Positions 17,284 through 27,785 of a stretch of DNA of 64,000 bases are shown here, in pieces. The DNA is taken from contig CAWFKD010000011.1 of NCBI GenBank assembly GCA_963816235.1, positions 11,069 to 75,068 on the forward strand, read 5' to 3'. Under the pieces are notes generated by a model. It saw only the letters and a program-made list of their open reading frames with translations, did not search any database and had not been told where the DNA came from. A program made the position numbers and the translations under genes. Origin of the DNA: an uncultured Alphaproteobacteria bacterium (GTDB taxonomy: Bacteria > Pseudomonadota > Alphaproteobacteria > Dongiales > Dongiaceae). Positions within the stretch are counted from its first letter, which is position 1; the number at the start of each line of letters is the position of its first letter.

Positions 17284-17678
17284 ACCGGCGCGGCCTCACC
17301 GTTGCGATCGCCTTCGTCCTGTCGATGCCGGCTTTGCCGGCGGCGGCCGATCCCTACGATACGGTGATCCTGGAGACCCTGGACAAGATTTCCGCCCGCG
17401 TGTCCCGTGTCGAAGTGCCGGTCGGAACCACGATCACATTCGGCAGCCTGAAGATCACGCCGCGCCACTGCGACAAGCGCCCCCCGGAAGAAACGCCGGA
17501 AAGCTCGGTCTTCATCGAGATCGTCGAAGAATTTCCCGACGAGCAGCCGAAGCTGGAGTTCTCCGGCTGGATGTTCGCGTCGAGTCCGGCGCTCTCGGCG
17601 CTGGATCACCCGGTCTATGACGTCTGGGTGGTCGACTGCAAGAATTCCTCGACCTCCGCCCCCGAAACGACGCCCTGA
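17280..17678 (+). CDS. DUF2155-domain periplasmic protein
   Basis: Signal peptide, then LETLDKISARVSRVEVPVGTTITFGSLKITPRHCDKRPPEE...SGWMFASSPALSALDHPVYDVWV, as in the DUF2155 family. Confidence 0.75.
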   Translation: MNRRGLTVAIAFVLSMPALPAAADPYDTVILETLDKISARVSRVEVPVGTTITFGSLKITPRHCDKRPPEETPESSVFIEIVEEFPDEQPKLEFSGWMFASSPALSALDHPVYDVWVVDCKNSSTSAPETTP

Positions 17679-18265
17679 AATTTCGCCGGCTTGCCGATGG
17701 CGCGGGTCAGCCGCTGCCGGTACTCGGCGCGGGGAATCTCGACGGTTCCGAATTGCTGCAGATGCGGCGTGACGAACTGCGTATCCAATAGCTGATAGCC
17801 GCCGAGCTTGAGCCGTACGGCCAGATGCACCAGCGCGACCTTGCTGGCGTCGGTGGCGCGGCTGAACATGCTCTCGCCGAAGAACGCGCCGCCGATCGAG
17901 ATGCCATAGAGGCCGCCGACCATCTCCCCGTCCTGCCAGCATTCGACCGTATGGGCAAAGCCCATCTCGAAAAGCTGGCGATTGAGCTGGTGGATCTGCT
18001 GGTTGATCCAGGTATCGGCGCGGCCGGGCCCGGGTGCCGCGCAGCCCTCGATGATGCCATCGAAGTCGCTGTCGCAGCGGATCTCGAAGGGATTGCGGCG
18101 TATGGTCTTGCGCAGGCTGCGGGAGATATGGATGTGGTCCAGCGGCAGGATGCCGCGCATCTCCGGGTCGATCCAATAGACATGGGGGTCGTGGCGTCCC
18201 TCGGCCATGGGAAAGACGCCGAGAGCGTAGGCCCGGAGCAGCATATGAGGCGTCAGCGTGACCAT
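17615..18265 (-). CDS. aat: leucyl/phenylalanyl-tRNA--protein transferase
   Basis: LLRAYALGVFPMAE, WIDPEMRGILPL, GGLYGISIGGAFFGESMFS. ATG 18265 is preferred over the upstream TTG at 18310. The 3' end overlaps the DUF2155 gene by 64 nt. Confidence 0.85.
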   Translation of the reverse strand: MVTLTPHMLLRAYALGVFPMAEGRHDPHVYWIDPEMRGILPLDHIHISRSLRKTIRRNPFEIRCDSDFDGIIEGCAAPGPGRADTWINQQIHQLNRQLFEMGFAHTVECWQDGEMVGGLYGISIGGAFFGESMFSRATDASKVALVHLAVRLKLGGYQLLDTQFVTPHLQQFGTVEIPRAEYRQRLTRAIGKPAKFQGVVSGAEVEEFLQSTTQTS

Positions 18266-18332
18266 GGCGATCGGCGGTTCCGTTGACCGGTTGCGCCGAT
18301 GATACCGCAAGAAGCCGTGGGACTGGAACCCT

Positions 18333-19677
18333 CTAGGAGTCGACGATCACGAACTTTTCCAGCCAGCGGATGTCGTAGTCGCCGTTGATGAAGTCGCCGG
18401 CGGCGATCAGCCGGCGGTGCAGGGGAATGCTGGTGTCGATGCCGCCGATGACGAATTCCTCGAGCGCGCGCCGCAGCCGCATCAGGCATTCGTTGCGGCT
18501 GGTGCCGTGGACGATCAGCTTGGCGATCAGGCTGTCATAGTGGGACGGCACGCGGTAGCCGGTATAGAGCGCGGAATCGACCCGCACGCCCAGCCCGCCC
18601 GGCGCATGATAGTCGGTGATCTTGCCCGGTGAGGGGCGGAAGGTGACGGGATCCTCGGCATTGATCCGGCATTCGATGGCATGGCCGTTGAAGGTGATCT
18701 CTTCCTGGGTCATGCCCAGCGGCGCGCCGGCGGCGACGCGGATCTGCTCGCGCACGAGGTCGATGCCGGTGATCATCTCCGACACCGGATGCTCCACCTG
18801 CAGGCGGGTGTTCATCTCGATGAAGTAGAACTTCCCGTCCTGGAACAGGAACTCGATGGTGCCGGCGCTGCGATAGCCCAGCTTCTTCATCGCCGTGACG
18901 GCGGTTTCGCCGATCTCCCGCCGCTGCGCGGCATTGAGCGCCGGCGAGGGGGCCTCCTCCAGCACCTTCTGATGGCGGCGCTGCATGCGAGCAATCCCGC
19001 TCGCCCAGATGGATCACGTTCCCGTGGCTGTCGCCCAGGATCTGCATCTCGATATGCCGCGGATGGGACAGGTATTTCTCGAGATAGACGGCGTCATTGC
19101 CGAAATTCGCCTTGGCCTCGGCTCGTGCCAGGCTCAGCGCCTGCACCATTTCCTCGCGCGAGTTGGCGACCTTCATGCCCTTGCCGCCGCCGCCGGCCGC
19201 CGCTTTGACCAGCACGGGATAGCCGATGCCGTCGGCGAGATCCATCGCCTCCGCATCGTTGCTGATGGCGCCGGGCGAACCCGGCACGACCGGCAGGCCC
19301 AGCTTGATCGCGGCGACCTTCGCCTCCACCTTGTCGCCCATCATGGAGATATGCTCGGGCGTCGGGCCGATGAAGGTGAAACCGTGCTCCTCGACCATCG
19401 AGGCGAACTTCGCGTTCTCCGACAGGAAGCCGATGCCCGGATGGATCGCATCGGCGCCGGCGATGCTGGCCGCGGTGAGGATGGCCGGCATATTGAGATA
19501 GCTCTCGCGGCTCGGCGGCGGGCCGATGCAGACGCTCTCGTCGGCCAGGCGCACATGCATCGCATCGGCGTCGGCGGTGGAGTGCACGGCGACGGTGCGG
19601 ATGCCCATCTCGCGGCAGGCGCGATGGATGCGCAGCGCGATCTCTCCGCGGTTGGCGATCAGGACTTTTTCGAACAT
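18333..19677 (-). pseudogene. accC: biotin carboxylase AccC, split by one extra base at ~18987 (likely sequence error)
   Basis: The N-terminal ORF ends ...HLGERDCS and the C-terminal ORF starts [15 protein letters not shown]. coli AccC reads ERDCSMQRRHQK. On the minus strand the DNA reads gat tgc tcg C atg cag. Confidence 0.9.
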
Positions 19678-19712
19678 GCCGGCGGCCGTCTATGCGCTCG
19701 TCGTGCCGCGGC

Positions 19713-20150
19713 TCAGGCGACGACCATCAGGATGTCGCCGTACTCGACCGGACGGCCGTCGTCGAAGAGGATCTCCTTCACGGTACCGGCATGGGGCGCC
19801 GGTATCGGATTCATCACCTTCATCGCCTCGATGATCAGCAGCGTCTGCCCCTTCTGCACGCGGTCGCCGACCTTGACGAAGTGATCGGCGCCTGGCGATG
19901 CGGACGCATAGGCCGTACCTACCATCGGCGACATGACGGCGCCGGCCGGCGGTCCCTCGCTGGCGGCGGGTGCAGCGGCAACCGGAGCCACAGGCGCCGC
20001 CGCCGGCGCGGCGGCCTGAACAATCGTGCTGCCGCGGGTCACGCGGATGCGCTGCTCGCCGGCTTCGAACTCGATCTCCGTCAGCCCGGTTTTCTCCAGC
20101 AGGGCGGCAAGCTTGAGCACCAAGCTCTCATCGACATCGAATTTCGGCAT
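19713..20150 (-). CDS. accB: biotin carboxyl carrier protein AccB
   Basis: 145 aa with an Ala/Pro linker and the biotinylation motif EAMKVMN. Confidence 0.9.
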   Translation of the reverse strand: MPKFDVDESLVLKLAALLEKTGLTEIEFEAGEQRIRVTRGSTIVQAAAPAAAPVAPVAAAPAASEGPPAGAVMSPMVGTAYASASPGADHFVKVGDRVQKGQTLLIIEAMKVMNPIPAPHAGTVKEILFDDGRPVEYGDILMVVA

Positions 20151-20608
20151 CAGGCGTCCTTCGTCGTTTGCAGGATTTCGGCCATCGCTTCCAGCGCCAG
20201 GCGATAGCCTGTCGGCCCCAGGCCGCAGATCACCGCGCGGGCCGCCAGGCTGACATAGGAATGGTGGCGGAATTCCTCGCGCCGGTAGATGTTGGAAAGA
20301 TGCACTTCAATGGCCGGCAGCTCCGCCGTCTGGAGCGCATCGAGGATGGCGATCGAGGTATGGGTGTAGGCGCCGGCATTGATGATGATCCCGGCATGGT
20401 CCTTGCGCGACTCCTGGATCCAGGTCACCAGTTCGCCTTCAATGTTCGATTGCCGGAAATCCAGCGCCAGGCCCAGCGGCCGCGCATGGCGCCGGCACAG
20501 CTTCTCCACATCACCCAGGGTCGCGCGGCCATAGACGGCGGGCTCGCGCACGCCGAGCATGTTGAGGTTCGGCCCATTGATGACAAGGATTTTAGGCGCG
20601 CTAGGCAC
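20150..20608 (-). CDS. aroQ: type II 3-dehydroquinate dehydratase
   Basis: GTG start with GGGGAG upstream. Motifs: ILVINGPNLNMLGVREP, INAGAYTHTSIA, EVHLSNI. The stop overlaps the accB ATG (TGATG). Confidence 0.9.
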   Translation of the reverse strand: MPSAPKILVINGPNLNMLGVREPAVYGRATLGDVEKLCRRHARPLGLALDFRQSNIEGELVTWIQESRKDHAGIIINAGAYTHTSIAILDALQTAELPAIEVHLSNIYRREEFRHHSYVSLAARAVICGLGPTGYRLALEAMAEILQTTKDA

Positions 20609-20708
20609 GGTCAGACAGGCTCCCCTGGCAGGTCTTCCGGGCGATTCGGCCGGTGAATCACAGACTTATAACATTGTCCCGGCCGTGCGCAATGGCACCC
20701 CGGCGGTC

Positions 20709-22010
20709 CTAGAGCCGCCCATCCTGCCAGTCCAGGTACTTCATGTAGAGCGGCACGAACCAGGGATTGCCGCCATACCAGATCGGTGCCCGCAGCGGTA
20801 TTTCGTCGAATGCGGTGGCCCCCAGTTTATCGCCCAGCAGCTTGAGTGCCACCTTCCGGCCCATCCAGGTCCCCATGGGGACGCCGGCGAAGCAATAGCC
20901 CATGGCATAGTGGACGCCATCCTGCCGGCCGATATGGGGATACTGATCGAAGCTGGCGGCGCATTTCCCGCTCCAGGCGTGGGACAGACGCACTGAAGCG
21001 AGATCGGGCACCAGCCGGCCGAGCGCCTTATGCAGCCGTGCCACTTTGGCCTTGAGGTTCGATACAGGCCCGCCGGTGAATCCGCCGAACAGGATGCGCT
21101 CTTCATCCGGCGACGGGCGCATGAAGAAGATGTTGTTGGTGTACTCGATGAAAGGCCGGCCCTGCGGCGACACGCGCCGGACGATTTCCGGCGGCAGCGG
21201 CTCCGTCGCCACCATGTAGCCATGGAACGGCACCACGCGCCGCCGGAACCAGGGCAGGGACTTGTCGACATAGCCGTTCGTGGCGACGATGACATCGCGG
21301 GCGCGCAGCGCGCCTCGGCTCGTCGTGACGACGATCCCATCGCTATCGCGCTGCAGGCCGGTGACCGGCGTGCGTCCATGGATCTCGACGCCCTGCGCGA
21401 TGACGCGATCGAGCAGACCCTGATGATACAATCCCGGATGAAAGGTTCCGTGATCGGGAATCACCGCGCCGCCGATATAGCCCTGGGCACCGGTCTCACT
21501 GGACAGCCGATCGCGCGCGACCATCTCGAACGGCTCGCCGAGATGCTTCTCCCGCAGTTCGTACTCCCGTGCCATGGAATCGTACTGCGCCTGATCCTGC
21601 GCGGCGATGAAGCGTCCGCGCTGGCGCAGCTTGCAATCGATCTGCTCGGTCTGCACGAGATCGAGCACATAGTCGAAGGCGGCGCGCATGTCCCGGAACA
21701 CGGTGATCGCCCGCTCCAGCCCCTCATGCTCCCTGATGCTCCCGAAGCTGTGCTTCAGGGAGCGGCCGACATAACCGGCATTGCGCGAGCTGGCGCCTTC
21801 GCCCGGGTCCTGCGCGTCGAACACGGCGACGCTGCGGCCCGCGCGGGCAAGCGTTAGCGCCGCTGACAGGCCGGTATGGCCGGAGCCGACAATCGCCACG
21901 TCGACCTGCGGCGGCAGCGGACGTTGCGGCATTTGCGGCCGTGGTGCCGCATCCCACCAATAGGGCTGTTCCCGGAAGCCGGGCGCGAAGATCTCGGTCG
22001 AGTCAGTCAT
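20709..22010 (-). CDS. FAD-dependent oxidoreductase (DAO family)
   Basis: 433 aa with the dinucleotide fold VAIVGSGHTGLSAAL. Confidence 0.85.
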   Translation of the reverse strand: MTDSTEIFAPGFREQPYWWDAAPRPQMPQRPLPPQVDVAIVGSGHTGLSAALTLARAGRSVAVFDAQDPGEGASSRNAGYVGRSLKHSFGSIREHEGLERAITVFRDMRAAFDYVLDLVQTEQIDCKLRQRGRFIAAQDQAQYDSMAREYELREKHLGEPFEMVARDRLSSETGAQGYIGGAVIPDHGTFHPGLYHQGLLDRVIAQGVEIHGRTPVTGLQRDSDGIVVTTSRGALRARDVIVATNGYVDKSLPWFRRRVVPFHGYMVATEPLPPEIVRRVSPQGRPFIEYTNNIFFMRPSPDEERILFGGFTGGPVSNLKAKVARLHKALGRLVPDLASVRLSHAWSGKCAASFDQYPHIGRQDGVHYAMGYCFAGVPMGTWMGRKVALKLLGDKLGATAFDEIPLRAPIWYGGNPWFVPLYMKYLDWQDGRL

Positions 22011-22025
22011 GTCGGTATGCCGTTC

Positions 22026-23327
22026 TTATTCTTCGTTTTCGGCGTTCTCATCGTGAGGCGCGCCCGTTCCCGGTGCCCGCGGATCCAGCTCCGCTGCGAC
22101 CGGCGTCGTCTGCGTCACCTTGATGAACTCGCCCTGTTCGGCCAGCGGTTTCGCCGTGCGGCGCGTCATGCGGTAGGCCGTGAAGGCCGAAATCAACAAC
22201 AGCGCCGCCATGATGAAGGCAAACAGGCCTTGCGGACCCATCGCCTCCATGACCTGCGACGATACGATCGGCCCCAGGCTGGCGCCGATGCCATAGGCCA
22301 GCAGCAGCCCGCCAGCCGCTGGGACGAACTGGTCGCGCTCCACATAGTCGTTGGTTTGCGCAACGCTGAGGCCATAGAGCGGATGGGCGGCGGCATCCAT
22401 CAGGAAACCGAGCGCCGCGAGCGGCAGCAGCGCGCTGACGCCGCTGACCGCCATCACGCCGGCAATCGCCGCGGCGGCCAGGGTGAGAATAAGCATGAGC
22501 CGCCGGCGGTCCATGCGGTCTGAGAAGGCGCCGACCGGAAACTGCGCCAGCAGGCCGCCGACCAGCGTCACCGTCATGAACAGCGACACGGCGCCGGGCT
22601 TCAGCCCCACCGCCTGCCCATACACCGCGCCCATGCCGTAGAAGGAGCTGTTGACCAGCCCGGCGGTCATGCAGCCGGCGACTCCCAGCGGCGAGATCGC
22701 GAACAGCCGCGGCAGGCTGAGCCGCGTGCGCCGCGCGATCTCCGGATTGCCGGTGCGGGTCAGCGCCACCGGCAGCAGGGCCGCGACGAACAGGATGGCC
22801 GTGAGCGAGAAGAGCTCGAACTCATGGGGATCGCCGAGGTTCAGCAGCAGCGGTCCTGCCGCCACGGCGGCGCCGCTGATCACCGCGTAAACGGCGAAGC
22901 AGCGGCCGCGGATCTCGTTCGCGGCGCGGTGATTGAGCCAGCTCTCCATGGTCATGTAGAGTCCGGCCATGCAATAGCCGGCCGCGGCGCGCAGGGCGAT
23001 CCACAGCACCAGGGAGTCCCACAGCGCCAGCAGCAGCACGGCAATCGCGGCTGTCGCGGCAAAGACGGCGAAGGCCCGGATATGCCCGACCCGCGTGATG
23101 ATCCGGTCGGCGCTCAGCGAGCCCAGCAGCAAGCCGAAGAAATAAGCCGACATCACCAGGCCGATCACGGTCGAGGAAATTCCGGCGGCGCCCAGCCGCA
23201 CGCCGATCAAGGCAAACAGCGCACCGCTGGCCATGCTGAGCAGCCCGAACCCCAGCAGCACGGCGCCAAGCGCCCGCACGACGGCTTTCAACGTGGCATC
23301 GGCACGGCCGTGGGTGATGTTGCTCAT
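22026..23327 (-). CDS. MFS transporter
   Basis: 433-aa, 12-TM-type ORF with the loop motifs LSADRIITRVGHIR and FSDRMDRRR. Confidence 0.85.
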   Translation of the reverse strand: MSNITHGRADATLKAVVRALGAVLLGFGLLSMASGALFALIGVRLGAAGISSTVIGLVMSAYFFGLLLGSLSADRIITRVGHIRAFAVFAATAAIAVLLLALWDSLVLWIALRAAAGYCMAGLYMTMESWLNHRAANEIRGRCFAVYAVISGAAVAAGPLLLNLGDPHEFELFSLTAILFVAALLPVALTRTGNPEIARRTRLSLPRLFAISPLGVAGCMTAGLVNSSFYGMGAVYGQAVGLKPGAVSLFMTVTLVGGLLAQFPVGAFSDRMDRRRLMLILTLAAAAIAGVMAVSGVSALLPLAALGFLMDAAAHPLYGLSVAQTNDYVERDQFVPAAGGLLLAYGIGASLGPIVSSQVMEAMGPQGLFAFIMAALLLISAFTAYRMTRRTAKPLAEQGEFIKVTQTTPVAAELDPRAPGTGAPHDENAENEE

Positions 23328-23353
23328 GATTGCACGAGGTCGATCGACCCGCT

Positions 23354-24113
23354 TCAGCCGCCCATGGACATGCCGCCATTGACCCGGATGGTCTGGCCGG
23401 TGATGTAGGCGGCATCGTCGGAGGCCAGGAACGCCATGGCGGACGCGATCTCCTCCGGCTTGCCATAGCGCCGCATGGGCACGATCTTCAGCGTCGCTTC
23501 CAGTCCTGCGGGATCGATCTCGCCCAGCATCTCCGTGGCGATATAGCCGGGCGAAACCGCATTCACGGTGATGCCGTGCCGCGCGACTTCGGCCGCAATC
23601 GGCTTCATCATGGCGACGATGCCGCCCTTAGATGCGGTGCAGACCGAATAGCAATTGCCGCCGAAATCGGCGACCTCGGTGATGCAGGAACCGGTGATGA
23701 CGACGCGCCCGTATTTGCGCTCGATCATCGGCGGCAAGGCGGCGCGGGTGACGTTGAAGAAGCCATGGAGATTATTCTCGATCGCGCGCGACCAGTCCTC
23801 GTCGGTGCTGTCGACGAACAGCTTGTCGATGACGATGCCTGCATTGCTGACGAGGATGTCCAGATGGCCAAAGGCCTTGATTGTCTCGGCTACGAGCCGC
23901 TCGGCGTCCGCGCGCTTGGATGACGTCGGCCTGAACCACGATCGCCTCGCCGCCGCCCTTGCGGATGCCATCCGCCACCGCCTTGGCTTTGTCGACCGTA
24001 CTGACGCAATTTACGACGACCTTAGCGCCCTCGCGGGCCAAGCGCTCGGCAACCGCCTTGCCGATGCCCCGCGAACTGCCGGTAACGATGGCGGTTTTGC
24101 CCTTCAAATTCAT
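23354..24113 (-). pseudogene. SDR (FabG-like 3-oxoacyl reductase), one extra base at ~23921
   Basis: ATG 24113 has GGGAGG upstream: MNLKGKTAIVTGSSRGIGKAV...VVQADV. It continues in the next frame SKRADAERLV...NAG...GGMSMGG. The DNA reads gcc gac gtc A tcc aag. Confidence 0.85.
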
Positions 24114-24221
24114 GGCCCAGCCTCCCTGTCTTCTTGCCGCAAGGCTAAGGGGAAGGGGGCCTTCCGGCAACCGCCACACTCATTGCCAGGGAGGCGCGAT
24201 CTACGCGCCGCAATACAAATC

Positions 24222-24975
24222 CTAGGACGGCTCGGCGCGCGCCTTGGCGATATGGGCTTTCAGGTCCTCGAGCTTGATGGCGCCGGGGATGAGCGTCTCG
24301 CCGATGATGAAGGCCGGCGTGCCGTTGATGCCCAGGCTTTCGGCCAGATTGTAGTTCTGCTGCAGCTCCTGATCGACCTCGGGCGCCTGCATGTCTTCCT
24401 TCAGCTTGGCGACATCCAGCGCAAGTCCTACGGCAATATTCTCCACGTCATGAGCACTCAGCTTGCCCTTGAAGGTCATGAGGGCGGTGTGCATCTCCGC
24501 ATACTTGCCTTGTTTGCCGGCGGCCAGCGCCGCCCGCGCCGCAAAGAGCGAGTCGTCGCCGAGGATCGGGAAATTCCTTCACGACCACGCGCACATTGCC
24601 GTCGGCCGCAATCATATCGGCGATCGATTGATGCATCGCCTTGCAGTAGGGGCACCGATAGTCGAGGAACTCCACGACGGTGACGTCGCCGGCGGGATTG
24701 CCGAGAACCGGCGACGCGGAGTTGCTCACCAACTGCGGCTTCAGGTCCTTGACGGCTTGCGCATGGGCCTGCTTCTGCGCGTCTTCCTGCTGCTGTTGAA
24801 ATTTCTGCAGCGATTCGGCGATGACTTCCGGATGGGCCAGGATGTAGTCGTGGATCGCCTGTTCGAGCGCCGGATCGGCGCCGGGCGCGCTGGTCTCCTG
24901 CGCAGGACTGCCGGCCGGCGCAAGGATCAGGATGCCGGCCAGAATCGCCCCGGTAAGGCTAAGCCCGCTGCGCAT
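24222..24975 (-). pseudogene. DsbA-family thiol:disulfide oxidoreductase, one extra base at ~24567
   Basis: Signal peptide and the CPYC active site in the upstream ORF (FLDYRCPYCKAM...VVKEFP). It continues ILGDDSLFAARAALAA... in the next frame. The DNA reads ttt ccc G atc ctc. Confidence 0.85.
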
Positions 24976-25093
24976 CGATTGTGCTCCTAGGGTTGAAATC
25001 GACCGATATTGTCGCGGATTGGCTGTTCCCGGACAATCAATCAATTCATGAGCCCCGCCGGCCTCACGCGGAATTCATCTGCTTTTGCGGGGG

Positions 25094-26429
25094 CTAGGAG
25101 CTGCCGCCGCCGACCGCGTTAGAAATATCCTGGGCCCGAAGCCAGCCGGGCGACCCCGCGGGCAGGCCCTTCATGGCGCGTTCCGCCAGGGCCCTCGCCC
25201 TCGCCCGGTCGCCGGAGGTGATCGCCGATTCCGCCAGGGCCAGGGACGCCTCGGGATCCTGCTTGTTCATGCCATAGGCGATCCCCAGATTTCTCCAGGC
25301 CCCGGGATTAGCCGGCTCGATCTCAACGACCCTTTTGAGGTTATCGATCGCGGCCTTGATCATCGCCGGGTCCTCGGTGTCCTTCTGGACGCGGCCCAGC
25401 GACATCAAGAGCAGCGGCGAATCCGGCTCGGCATCAACGGCGGCCTGATAGAACGGGACGGCGGCCTTCGATCTTGCCGCTCTTGAACAGAATGTCGCCT
25501 TTCAATTCGTTGAAATAGGGATCGCCCGGATAGTCGGCCAGCAGGCTATCGACCTGAGCAATCGCTTTCGGCATTTGTCCGGCGCCGAAATACGCGACCG
25601 AGCGCGCATAGCGGGCCTCGAGGCTGTTGTCGCTGTCGGGATATTGCTTGAGCACGCGCGGCAGCGGGTCGACATAGCCGATGAGCTTGGCGCGGATCCG
25701 CTGAAACATCGCTTCGTAGTCTGCCCTGGGCGGCTCGTTGCTGAACGGCGATTGCTCGACATGGGCGCGCACCGCCTCCATGCGATCGGCGGTCAGAGGA
25801 TGGCTCAGCAGATAGGGCGGCGGCTGCAGGACGATTTTCTGCTGCTCCGCCAGAATTCCCAGGAACTCCAGCATGCCGCGCGATGATTGTCCGGTTTCAT
25901 CGAGGAACTTCATGCCGGCCTGATCGGCCGCGGATTCCTGCGTGCGGCTGAACTTCATCAGCGATCCCATCGGCGCATTGGAACCGCAGAGTGCGACCGC
26001 GCCGCCCGTATTGCTGCCGCTGGCCGCGCCGCCTGCAGCGGTAAGGACACCCAGCGTGCAGAACAGTATCTGTTCGATCGAGGCGATACGCTGCGCCTCC
26101 TTCATCCTGGGAAGGTGCCCGCCGGCGATGTGACCGGTTTCATGGGCGATGACCCCGATCACTTGATCCGCGTGCTCGGCGGCGCGCAGCAGTCCCGTAT
26201 GCAGGAACAGGTTCTGTCCGCCGGCCACGAAGGCGTTGATACGGCTGTCCTGCAGCAAATAGATGTGCACGGCAGTCGGATCCAGGCCGGCGGCGCTGAA
26301 GATCGGCTCAGCGAACTTCGCCATCACCGCTTCCGTTTCCGCATCGCGGATGAAGACGGGCCGCTCTTGTGCCAGCGCCGGCGTCGAAGCAATGACTCCG
26401 ATCAGCGCGATTTGCAGGAGCCGCTTCAT
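25094..26429 (-). pseudogene. M48 metalloprotease with C-terminal TPR region (BepA-like), one extra base at ~25472
   Basis: HETGHIAGGH zinc motif. The ORF breaks at ...ILFKSGK, and the next frame continues SKAAVPFYQAAVDAEPDSPLLLMSLGRVQ.... Confidence 0.85.
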
Positions 26430-26635
26430 GGATGAAACCTATTCAGTTTTCGACAAGTCATAGCTGGTCACATCGCATTCCGCTGTCAATGGTTTTGTCC
26501 GCCGCCGTTGCCTATGATGCCGCCGCGAAGGTGGCCGCGGTGTGGCAAGATTTGACCAGATTAGAGCCGAAATCCGCGCATTCCGGCTGGCTATCGGCCG
26601 ACATGCCGGTGGCGGCGGAGCACGGCAGGGATTGA

Positions 26636-27784
26636 ATGAAAGCAAAGACTTCACGGCGCAGCGATGTGCCGCCGTTCTATGCGATGGAAGTGCTCCGGGA
26701 AGCCAATGAGCGGGCGGCCGCGGGGGAAGCTGTTCTGCATCTCGAAGTGGGACAGCCGAGCACGGCCGCGCCGTCGGCCGTCATTGCCGCGGCCAAGCGC
26801 GCGCTGGACAGCCATCAGCTTGGCTACACCGAGGCCATGGGTATCGGCGACCTCCGGCAGCGCATCGCCGGCCACTACCTGGCGATGTACGGCGTCGAGG
26901 TCGATCCCGCCCGCATCGTCGTCACGACCGGTTCCTCCGGCGCCTTCATGTTGTCGTTCCTGGCCGCGTTCGATCATGGCGACCGCGTCGCGCTGGCCGC
27001 ACCCGGCTATCCGGCCTACCGGAATATCCTGCAGGCGCTGGGTCTGGTGCCCGTGTCCATAGCGACGACGGCGGATACGCGTTTCCAGCCCACCGTCGAT
27101 CATCTGGTTGCGCTCGAGCATCAGGTTCAGGGATTGATCGTCGCCAGCCCGTCAAATCCGGCGGGCACAATGCTGTCGCGCAAGGAACTCGGCGCCGTGT
27201 ACGCCTATTGCCGGGACAATGGAATTCGACTGATCTCCGATGAGATCTATCACGGGATTACCTACGGCGAAGCGGCGACGACGGCTCTGGCCTTCGGCGA
27301 CGAGGCCATCGTGGTCAACAGCTTTTCCAAGTACTTCTCCATGACCGGCTGGCGTCTCGGCTGGATGATCCTGCCGGACATCCTGTTGCGGCCGGTGGAG
27401 CGGTTGGCGCAGAACCTTTTCATCTCGCCGCCGACCCTGCCGCAACTCGCCGCCCAGGCGGTGTTCGACTGCAAAGCGGAACTCGACGGCAATGTGCAGC
27501 GCTATGCGGAAAACCGCCGGGTGCTCCTGGAGAAGCTGCCGCAGGCCGGCTTCGACAATCTCGCGCCGGCAGATGGCGCGTTCTACATCTATGCCGACGT
27601 GTCGCGGCTGACCAATGACAGCCAGGAATTCTGCCGCCGCATGCTGGCGGAGACGGGAGTCGCGGCGACGCCCGGGATCGATTTCGACCCCGAGCGCGGA
27701 CATCGCTTCCTGCGGTTTTCCTTCGCCGGCTCTACCGCCGATATCGCGGCAGCGGCCGACCGGCTGTTGGCCTGGCGGCGATAG
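26636..27784 (+). CDS. PLP-dependent aminotransferase (class I/II)
   Basis: 382 aa with the PLP-lysine context NSFSKYFSMTGWRLGW. Confidence 0.9.
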   Translation: MKAKTSRRSDVPPFYAMEVLREANERAAAGEAVLHLEVGQPSTAAPSAVIAAAKRALDSHQLGYTEAMGIGDLRQRIAGHYLAMYGVEVDPARIVVTTGSSGAFMLSFLAAFDHGDRVALAAPGYPAYRNILQALGLVPVSIATTADTRFQPTVDHLVALEHQVQGLIVASPSNPAGTMLSRKELGAVYAYCRDNGIRLISDEIYHGITYGEAATTALAFGDEAIVVNSFSKYFSMTGWRLGWMILPDILLRPVERLAQNLFISPPTLPQLAAQAVFDCKAELDGNVQRYAENRRVLLEKLPQAGFDNLAPADGAFYIYADVSRLTNDSQEFCRRMLAETGVAATPGIDFDPERGHRFLRFSFAGSTADIAAAADRLLAWRR

Positions 27785-27785
27785 G

